From the human T2T-CHM13v2.0 reference genome, Homo sapiens, in assembly GCF_009914755.1 (NCBI RefSeq), contig NC_060925.1: a DNA stretch of 64,000 bases; one strand, given 5' to 3'. A program made the position numbers and the translations under genes. The notes beneath the pieces are model-generated. The model worked only from the letters and a program-made list of their open reading frames with translations, did not search any database and had not been told where the DNA came from. Each line of letters begins with the position of its first letter. Position 1 is the first letter of the stretch. This document shows, piece after piece, positions 1-9,577 of the stretch.

Positions 1-593
1 TTTAAAAAAATTGCAGTGATTATGGTTATGAATTTAAAAGCTAAAAAGGTCTTTGTCTGGAGTAGTCCCCAGGAGTTAAGCTTGCTAAGAAAAGAAATGG
101 ACTTTGCTTTAAAAATATGAATTATCTTAATACCATATCAGAAGCTGTAGAAGAAATAAAAAAAAAATCCTTGGGAACTCTTGGAGATCTGCCTAGACCC
201 ATCTTAATGTGAAAATAAAACCTTAGATGCCAATAGACAGATATAAAAAGGAAAAAGAGATGTTTCTAGATCAAATGGCTCAAAGAGAGGAGATTAGAAA
301 AGAGGAGGAAATGTTTTGTTTTAGATTCAAAAGGGTTGCTGTAGTCCAAAGAAATCCCACAGAGCAAGAGAATAAGAGCTTAACCAATCTTAAAGGAAGC
401 CTGGATCCAAGAAAACGCGCCTTTTAACGCTGAAGGTAATTTATGAAACAGCAACTGGAGAACCACTTCTTGAAAGTTGGAATAGCTATACAAAAGGTTT
501 CAGGAGAAGAAATTAGACTACTTTAGGAAAGATCATCTTAAAATACTTGCAGCATTATTGGGGTAAATTTCAAGGAGACTAGTTATTGTAGGT

Positions 594-794
594 GGAATTG
601 TGTTGGTTATTGTTTAACAACCCACTCTCTGGAAAATAATAACCTTATTCGTAGCATTTGTCAATCTCTGAGATATGAATACTCCCTCCATGACTGATTT
701 CAAGCATTCAATGTAAAGTCACTGAACACAAAGTTGGAAGAGATGCGCACAGCCAGCTCTATGAGCCAATGAGAGCCAGCTCCAGCACACAATG
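594..794 (-). mobile_element. MER63A-like hAT DNA transposon (non-autonomous)
   Basis: Reverse complement reads tgtgtgctggagctggct...gtgcgcatctcttccaact...tcagtgac...gcttgaaatcagtcatgg...caaatgctacgaat...ggttgttaaaca, following the MER63A consensus over ~200 bp. Confidence 0.8.
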
Positions 795-1117
795 GTGCAG
801 ATGCAGCTATTGAAGTATGCCAAAATTCGTGAAACTTGACCTCTAAGAGAATATGAGGAATACAGAAAAAATACTAACAGGGACCTGGGGAAAACAATAA
901 AAGATGAAATCCTGTTCTGGTTTAGATGTTGGTCTGCTGCAATACTACTATTAGGTTTACCAATCCAGGTTTGGAAGCCAAAGTGGATATGCTTGAACAA
1001 TAGATTACCTTATTGACCAGAATTCACTGACTTATCATGTCTTACTGTAAAGCCGCCCACTATAAAATATATGTATATACATATCTCATAAATTTTTAAA
1101 AAGCCAATGTCTAGGGC

Positions 1118-1240
1118 TGGGCTGATATTCCGCACCAGTATATACCAACATGGCCATATGTCTTATTTACAGTCAGCATTTCTTTCTATTGGTTAGTGAC
1201 TGTGCCATACTAATTGTTAAATACTTGAGTATCATCCCTG
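1118..1240. mobile_element. Short hAT-type MITE (family not assigned)
   Basis: Imperfect terminal inverted repeats (tgggctgatattc / gagtatcatccctg) and an exact 8-bp flanking duplication tctagggc at 1110-1117 and 1241-1248. Confidence 0.75.
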
Positions 1241-2301
1241 TCTAGGGCAGAGATCAAAAAGGAGAAAGGAAAGAGAGTGCTTAGTCCAGCTAATACCGGT
1301 AGCCTTCCATGTTGTGGTAGAGAATGAAAGGAACAAACTAAAGAAGAAAGTTAAACTGTCAGAATCTCAGCTGAGCTTTTCTTAAAAGGCAAAGAGAAAC
1401 TAGCAAGGAAAATGAAGCATTAGAGACATATCCCATTACTGGAGAAAAATATTACAGTGAAAAAAAATGTTACTCAAGGCCTGTAACATCTAAAAGCAGA
1501 GGAAAAATAAGAACTGCACGGCAGATGTGCTTAGGGGCATAGACTTCAGAAATGTCAATGGCAACCTCTGTTTTAGAGCCTTCCAAGGGTAATGCCCTAG
1601 CTAAAAGGGATGTCAAGGCAAGGGTAAAAACCTTAAACGACAGAAGTCTTAGGATTAAACAATGCCATAGGAAAAGACATGGTGGGGCCACTGAGGCACA
1701 AGATTGGTAAATATCTGCACACAAAGCTCAAAGAGGCTATATCTCTAAACAGAGCCCACATCCAACTTGGTTCTCAGGCACCAGGTACAAGCACTCTAAA
1801 TAAGCCAAGACAAAAAAGAGGTTTTGAATGTACAAGATGGGAAAACAAAACAAAACAAAAAGTCCCCAAACTGGTGCTTAGGCCTGCCACCACTGCATGT
1901 CTAAATTTAGAAGAGATATGTCTCTCTGAGAAAGGGGACTGAGTATAAATCTGATAAATCTATGGCCATTATAGACTCTTTCATGGGAGTTTTTCCCCAA
2001 CTGGGTTTAAGTTTCCTAGGCCATGTCATAAATAGACTGGAATCCTGGCAAAGTTACAACTGTAACGTTCTCCTCTTTTTAGTCTACTTTCTTTCAAATA
2101 TGACTAAGTCTCAACTGTCATCTTGGCAAAGAACAGAATGGTCTGTACAGTAAATATCTCCTGTTAGTGTTCATTTGAGGTGAGGACACATTCCTGGCTC
2201 CATTCTAAGTTGATTACTTAATCTAAGATGTCACCAATCAGCCTTTCTCATCTAGGGTCTCCTAAAAATTTAAGGCTTAATAAAGACCTAATGCCCTAAA
2301 A

Positions 2302-2484
2302 CAGGAGTTGGTAAACTTTTAATGAAAGGTCCACACAAAATATATTTTAGGCATTGTGGGTAATACATGAAAACTGCCATAGGCAATACATAAACACGTG
2401 GGAGTATCTGTTGCAACAAAACTTTATTTACAAAAGTATACAATAGGCTGGATTTGGCCCCCAGTAGTAGTTTGTTGACCCTTG
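2302..2484 (+). mobile_element. MER58A-like hAT-Charlie DNA transposon
   Basis: caggagttggtaaactttt...aaaactttatttacaaaa...ggctggatttggccc...tagtttgttgacccttg. 8-bp TSD ccctaaaa/cactaaaa. Confidence 0.8.
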
Positions 2485-5400
2485 CACTAAAATATCCATA
2501 TTATATAGTAACTTAGCTTCTCTTCCACACACCTAGAATGATACTAGATATTTGCAACCTTGAGAGGACTGAGAAAATTGTTCCTGAAGTTTTGTGTGTG
2601 TGTGTTTTGTTTCAGAAAGGAACCCTAGACTGGGAAAGGCTCTACTTAGTAATCTAGATACCTTGATTTAGATAATTCCAATTCAGACTCCAAAATGTCT
2701 CTCTGAGGCTGTTTGAGACTCCCCTCTGCAACCCCTGCAGCTCCTGCATATAAACTTGCTCCCTCTGTTTTTGCCTCACTTACCCCGGATATAGAGAGCT
2801 TAGTACCTCTTTCAAGTCCACCGAAGGAATCATGCCAAAATAAGGGCTGGTATCAACAGATGATGAAGTAGGAGTTTTATGTGTGACATCTCACACTAAA
2901 AAAAAAACTCTTAAATGTTCCCACTAGACATACCTATACCTCCAATTCACTTCTCAGTCATGCCACTACTGGAGTTTCTCTGCATCTAATTACACAACTG
3001 CCCTTTTTCCTGTCATTTACTCCTGGATCTTTCCTTGCCAACTTTCTTCTCTATTATGCAAAGCAATTCTGCTTGGTTCCAGGGCTGTATGTGAAGGCTT
3101 CAACTTCACATAACCAAATCCATACTAGACTTCAGAAAAACCAGGGCTTTACTGTTGTCCATATTAACCCTGCTTAAAAGCAGGCCCAGGTTTAGAGAGC
3201 AAAAAAAGACTTCTCATTTTATAGACATAGTTAATCAAGTGTTCTAAAATGGCATATGAGTGAAGGAGTGCATGTTTTTACCTATTTATGTTATCCTCAA
3301 GTCATGCTGTTTGACCTTGGGATCCAAGCTTTACATGTCACTTGCAGTTTAGGACATCAAGACTCTTGGACAAGTCTTAGCATGCTGGTGAAGGCCTGAT
3401 GCACACAATGTATGACTAGGCTGCGGAAGTTGCTGGAGGGAGAAGGTGGGCAGGGAATGCAGATGTGATCTAGAAAGAAGAAAATGGATGCTGAGTGGGT
3501 AGCCAAGTACACAATGATGTTAGAAAGCATGTGCAAACTGGGTGAGAACAAGCATGTAATTGGGTATGAATCATTAAGTTACATAATTATATATTATGTT
3601 TAGAGTGACCTGAAAGAGTGAATTAGAGTGGGAGAGAAATCTGGTTGCTGTATCTTTATGGGATACTTCCAAGGTAAATAAACCTTTTTTTTTTTTGCCA
3701 GAGAGATTCTCAACTGGCTGAAGGATACACAAGATGTCTTATTTGTGTGTCACTTGTTTGTGTTACTAATGACTCCTGCTGACACCACCCTTGCTTCTTC
3801 AGGTCAGTGGGTCTTCGTGCCTTAGGTCTCTGCATTACCATCCCCTCTTCATTGGAGCTACTTTGCTGAGAGAGTGGGTTAGGGTATGAACCTTATGGTC
3901 TAGTAATAAAGTCCACACTTGCAGCCTTTGCAGACAGAATGGCAAATAATTTTCAATCTGCATACTAGTACTAATTAATCGATAGTGGCTACTTAGATGC
4001 TGTGTTGAGAGTGATTCTTAGGTCACATCTGGGGTAAGCAGGAAGAATTTTGTCTCATTTGATACTCTAAGTACTGTTGGCCTTCCCATACTAACAAGGA
4101 TTTTTAGGGAAAAAAATTTTACAGAATGTCAAAAAAGCAATTGCTCTGGGGAAAGGCAAGCCTGGATTTGCCTCCTCTGCTATCTGTGTTTTGGGGAAAG
4201 ACCATAGAAGCCTAAGTCCAGATACCTTTATTTGTGAAAAAGAGACAACAGCACCCACCCCACAGAGTTGCAAAAAATGATTTAGCAGATGTTAAAATCT
4301 AGCACATCCCTGGAACATGGTTACTAATTCAAAGTACATTATTTCTACTTCCTGACTAGAAAAAGACCATATTTTTTCATGCAAAAATCTCAGATATATC
4401 ATTGGGTATAAAAATTATCTGATGGAAACATGACTGAAAGACTAGATGTTTTCAGTCTGGGACAGAATGTTAGATCAATATGACTGTCAACAAGTTTGTC
4501 TCTCTATGCGGGACACAAAATTGAGAAGCAGGGACTTGAAGTGAATAAAAATGTAATTTAATACACAATCAAATAAAAATTCTATAGCTTTAGAATCAGA
4601 GAATATTCTTGGAATGGACCCTTTTTCAGTACCATAAATTTAACCAACTGAATTCTTTAAGTATCTGCCTTGTCAACCCTTTGAAATGAAGGTTGATTAG
4701 GTTCAACGGGAAATCTACATTTCATCATGAAAATGGAACACAACGTGTCCTTGGCTAGTCTCCCATGGAGTAGCAATTTGGGGCACTGTGTGCAAAGCAT
4801 GAAGCAAAAACACAGGTAGAAAATTTATTTCAGGCATGACAAACAGGAGGCATGCATATGCATAGCCCAAGAAGCATGAAAAGTCAGAGCTTCCATTCTC
4901 ACTGCACAGGCCTCCGTAAAAGGAAAACACAAAGGGGCTTCTTCAGCCTTTTATTTTACAAACAGTAGTTTATGAGAATGGAGACATTACAAGAAAAGGA
5001 GACACTTAAGATTAAGTGAGTTGATGTGTTTAAATATTAGGAGGAACAGAAACTCAATTATCGAGGGGTAAATGCAGCAATAGCAAGTCTCGTCAAAGAA
5101 ATCAAGCCCCATTGGGTGTTTCTCACATTCTTGCTTCTTTTGACAAGGTTTAATGCAGAACCCAAGAGAATTTGACTATCTAATAACCTGAGCAAATAAA
5201 GTGTAGAGGAAGAACAAGTGTGCACATTATGCATCTCAATTCTAAGACAACAGTGAATCGTCTACTAGATTTAGCAGGTAAATTAAGGAGTCTGTTAGCA
5301 ATGAGGTGCAAGCTGGCACACCCTCAATTCTGGCTGTTACCAGCCAAGGCACAGACATAACTGATGTTTCTCCAATACGACCAAGATGTGTCACCTAATC

Positions 5401-5789
5401 CAGAGAGAACACATTATCTATAACAGGCTTAAAGTCAGTTTGGAGGCCAAAATGTTGCCAATGTTTTCAGATCAAGTAATAGGCCTCTGAAAAGCTGAGT
5501 AAGCTGTTTGGCTGATGGAACAGTTAAAATTGAAGGGACAGTTCAATGGACTGACACTGGTTAAGAGAATCATTTAGTCAAGTTCATGACATACTCTTCC
5601 TCAATCTTGTACCTTTAAATCAAGTTAACCCTCCCCTGGAGCAAGTGGCTGGTGGCCAGTTAACTTGAGAAGGATAGGCAGCCCATTCCCTGTAATTGTT
5701 CTGGCCCTGAACTCCCCAAGCAGGCCCACTGAGCCTTTGGAACAACAGAGCAAAGTGCAGCAAGCAGGAAATACAATTTGGTGAAGTCA

Positions 5790-6200
5790 TGCCAATGAGT
5801 ACCCAGAACGCATCTGGAACTATGCTTGACCTTATGGATATGCTTGGTATTGTGGATACATACACTGATGAAACGTGACTCTTCCTGCAAAGAGCTCACC
5901 TTTGAGTGGGGAAAATAGGTGGTAAATGTTAGCCAATAATGCAAAATGGTAGAGTTGGATATAAATTGAAATGTGAAAGGACAGCTACTTTTGACTCAAA
6001 AACGTAAAGCAGAAGTCAGATAAAATGATAGAGAAGTAGTGATCCTTAAACAGCGATGAAGAGTTTTCCCTGTGAACAAAAGAGGAGAGCACATTTCAGG
6101 CAATGGAAACAAGAGCCAATGTGTGGAGGGATGATATATATGGCATGGCTAAGGAGTCACAATAGAGTTCAGGGTGGCTGGACCAGAGAAGCTGTGTTCT
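5790..6200 (-). mobile_element. L2 LINE 3' fragment
   Basis: Typical antisense L2 text (cctgcaaagagctcacc...catttcaggcaatggaaacaag...tggctggaccagag). Confidence 0.6.
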
Positions 6201-6384
6201 AACTCCAAGATTTTGAACCTTTGGGACAAGGAGGGGAGATCTTGATCTCTTCCATGGTGTCCTACAAAATGCCTGCACCTAGTGCCTCATCTAGCTGAGA
6301 CTGTAGTCCTGGGAAGACAAAGTTACTAATGACAATATCCCATACCCTTTACTCCCTTCTCTGATAAGATTTAATATTTTTAGC

Positions 6385-6450
6385 AAATGTTTTCTTTCAG
6401 CAAATATTCATTGAGCATCTATTATCTGCTAGTACTATGAAAGGCACTGA
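6385..6450 (-). mobile_element. L2 3' tail fragment
   Basis: ttcagcaaatattcattgagcatctattatctgctag. Confidence 0.55.
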
Positions 6451-6479
6451 TATTTTAGAAGTATTGTCATTAAATGGAA

Positions 6480-6710
6480 TTAATATAGGATAAAAGTAAA
6501 AGTCTGAAACCAGTCTGTCTGGGTTCAAAGTTTAGTTTCGACACTTAGCAGCTGTACAATTTTAGATAAGGGACTTCATTTTTAAAATACAGATAATACT
6601 AGTATTCCTCTATAGCATGGCTGAGGATTAAATGACAAAAATCATGTATAATACTTAGAACATCACCAGTTATAAAAAGTGCCCCGTAAGAACTGGTTGT
6701 AATCATTATC
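6480..6710 (+). mobile_element. MIR SINE
   Basis: gtctgggttcaaag...cacttagcagctgt...aaaatacagataata...tgaggattaaatga MIR core and tail. Confidence 0.75.
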
Positions 6711-8736
6711 TTTGGGTGCTAGAATGAACAGTGCACAGAGTGAACTGTCAACATAACTATTAATTCTGGGAGGGAATCTTTTGTCAGGCATATGCATCCC
6801 TCCCTCACCTTTTCATCAGTGTTGCACTGCTCTGCAACAGAAGTAACATCCTTTCCTCATGGCTCCAGGATGTCTTCCCTGCGTAGTGGAAGAACTCATT
6901 TTGTTGGGTTATTTCACCTAGGGATTGTATTCATTCCTCACAGAGCATCAAGACCCCCAATATCTAAACGATCCTTCTCAACTTTAACCCACACTCATAT
7001 TTTTCACTGACAGGCAACAAATGCTGTTTGCAGCACTTGTGAAACCCATTTATTTTAACATGAAATAAGCTTGTTCCTGACAGATTGCAGCAAGAAAGGT
7101 AAGCATAATGGGACTGTTCAGAGATTGGTGGTGTCTGACATTAGTGGAATCATCCGGATTTCACATTTAGCAGATTCAACAAAAGAGAAGAAATCAAAAA
7201 TCATGTCTGTTTGGCATGGGAAGTGTGGAGAAAAGACAGGAGCTTGGGAACACAGTGAGGAAGGAGTCAACAAGGCCTGTGGGGTCCAGGCTGCTCAGAA
7301 TTTGAGTCAAAAGAAACCTAGAAATCCTAGGATTAGCCTTACAACGAAGGGCTTCTTTTTCTGTTTCCTGAGCCTGAGTGATTCAGAAAGAGTAAATGGG
7401 GAAAAGGAGGAGGGAAAGATCAAAGTGAGTATCATTGGCATCAACTAATGGAAAAAATCAGTACAGGCAGCATAATGGTTGAAAGTCTGTGCCAGCATCT
7501 ACAGCAGGATGCCACCTGCAAGCTGGTCACTGTGACATTCTGAGAATGAAACCAAGGGGAGGCGTACATGGTAACCAGCAGCTGCAGGACTCAGGGATAT
7601 AGCAACCTGGGCAGAAAGTAACTGGTGTTGCCAAAGAGCCCTCATGCATAGCTCTGGGGGTGTCTGAGGGTGGCCAGTGCCCTACAGACAGTAGAAGATT
7701 TAGCTACAGCCTTCTGATTAACCTGCCAGAAACTGAAATATAAGATCAGGGAGACAGAGAATGATACACTAATGAAGCAATGATTTAAAAAGGCAAACCC
7801 CAAACAGTCTTAGAAAAGTAATTTGATTTTCCTGCCACTGTGTAGGACCATTATTCTCATACTCCTTCCCTAGGCTGTGGGGAGAGGTCACCTGTCTGAA
7901 GGAAGGTGACCTTTGCCCCTCTGCCACTATCAGAAATGAGGGCAGAATTCTGATCCCGAATGCCTAGAGACACATAAAGAAAGAGGTTGGAGAAACTGTT
8001 TGCTGTTAATATTCTAAGGCTTTCCTATTCCCAAAGAACCTTACTATCTAGGTACCAAAATCAAGATGAGGAGTCCAAAAAGATGTTTGTTGTGTCCTTC
8101 TGAGCCATTTACCCCTAAGAGATAACAGTCTGCGACCAGTCCTGCGGCCATAATCCAGGGCACCCAAATGCCCTTCTCAACAAGAAGCACACCCGGACAT
8201 CTCCCCTAACCCCCGAACTGTAAGATAACTTCCCATCCATAACTTAGGTCCTCAAATTATTAGAAAATGCAGCTATCTCCAAGAATAGTTGACATTTCAA
8301 GCAAACAGCCATTTAGACCTTGGTAAGAAGGATTTACAAGCAGGCTTCAACATAGCGATATAGTCCTTGCTCAGTAAATGTTTGCTAAGTGAGTCTGCAA
8401 GAATTCTGTGTTAAAATCCAATGACAGAAAGAAGCAGTAATACCCAGATGAGATACAACACAGGTCTAGTTTAAAGAAAACACCGCTGCAACAAAACATA
8501 AATTACATAGCATCAAAGGAGCAGGTCAAAATTCTGGTCACCCATAATACACCTGTTTTTCGGAGAGGGAGGGGGCTAGGAGAGAGGAGGTGAGAGGAGC
8601 ACAGCGAAAGGTGGCTTTCTGAGGAGTTTTGACTGTGATTGATAGTCTGTGCTGCGCTCTCACTCATGTAGAAAATGAGAGCGAGATCACTCCAGATACG
8701 GGCCCATCTGAGTTCCTGCTTGTGTCCATCCCCTAT

Positions 8737-9200
8737 ACTCACTTACTCATCTGGGAGCCCTCCCTTCCAGCCTATGGGTCTCATTATTCAAAATTTCAAG
8801 CGGAAGAAAGGAGAACTACTTCTTCCTTCTTCCCTCTCTCTCTTCCTCTTTCTCCCTCTTTCTCTCTCTCTCTCTCTTTCACTTTCTCTCTCTCTTCCAC
8901 TTTCTTTCTCTCTGTCTCTTGTGCTCTTTCTTTCTCTTCCACTGGGAAGTATAAAATCATTATTTTGAGGATTTCTTTACTTAGTGACTTGAGAGAAAAT
9001 TCATTTCTCTTGGTGCTTCAGGTTATTTTTCCAGAGGGCTGAAAAGCGACAGTAACAATTACTTCTGAAAGCGTCTTCATCAAATGTGCCATGGCTCCAT
9101 CTCTGCTAAATTGGCCTGTCTCCCCACCCTCTGCCCATCTCCCCCGCTCCCTCCCACACATAGCCTGCTTTGTACCAGACCGGATTTATTTTATAACTCT
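8737..9200 (-). promoter_or_regulatory. Candidate CpG-poor promoter plus first exon (unverified)
   Basis: Non-repetitive sequence. On minus: TATAAAA (9189-9195), G-rich boxes, CCAAT (9110-9114), a GA-rich leader, then overlapping consensus donors GTAAGT (8741-8746) and GTGAGT (8737-8742). Confidence 0.3.
8820..8940. repeat. CT-rich polypyrimidine tract (GA-rich on minus strand)
   Basis: ~120 bp almost purely C/T, including (CT)n runs. Confidence 0.95.
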
Positions 9201-9457
9201 GCCTCTCCACTTAATTAGTGTGCTACCGTTTTAGGCAGTTCTTACAAGGTTTCAGTTCCCATCCCAAGGGGTGGAGTGATGAGCAGTTGCCTCCTTCATG
9301 GGGTCTAGACTGTGTTGAAATCTGCCTGCGGTCCCACCAGGAGCAGCCATTTACAAGCCACTTTCATGAGATACTACTAGGAAGAAGTAAGGTGGAATGT
9401 TGTAGCATCATTCAAACCCAAAAGTGTCATTCATAGACTGACATTCATGGCACTCAC

Positions 9458-9577
9458 ATCTATTTGTACAATCTCTGCTAATATGTCATATTTCACAAAA
9501 ATCCAAAATCGGTTGCAAATTGTGGACAGAGGCATGTTTAAAAGGATTTGGCTGCCATTTTGTTTCAGTGTGGAAGT
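9458..9577 (-). other. Candidate 120-nt cassette exon (unverified)
   Basis: tttaac..gtgtttcag| acceptor and GAT|GTGAGT donor. Open in phase 0 (TSTLKQNGSQILLNMPLSTICNRFWIFVKYDILAEIVQID). No known protein recognised. Confidence 0.25.

Larger units (their letters stand above)
1..3720 (+). mobile_element. Highly decayed non-LTR retrotransposon ORF (endonuclease + reverse transcriptase), probably RTE clade (L4/MamRTE-like), interrupted by younger insertions
   Basis: Collinear degenerate LINE motifs on +. EKEMFLDQM (~250-275; cf. EN 'K..FYDQL'). KEAI..QLGSQAPG (~1730-1790; cf. 'AI..L...KAPG'). LSEKGD..INLWPL (~1924-1972; cf. 'KKGD..NYRPISL'). EKIVPE..CFRK (2571-2619; cf. RTE 'LPESQCGFR'). catgctggtgaa=HAGE (3381-3392; cf. 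YADD). LRKLL..GMQM*SRKKK (3421-3483; cf. 'LQ.LL...GL.IN..KTK'). Many stops and frameshifts. Confidence 0.5.

Noticed and set aside
5620-5944. Overlapping minus-strand ORFs (81 and 94 aa)
   Set aside because: Partly L2-derived, with no splice signals or homology recognised.
8629-9042. 137-aa and 97-aa Ser/Leu-rich ORFs
   Set aside because: These are translations of the CT tract.
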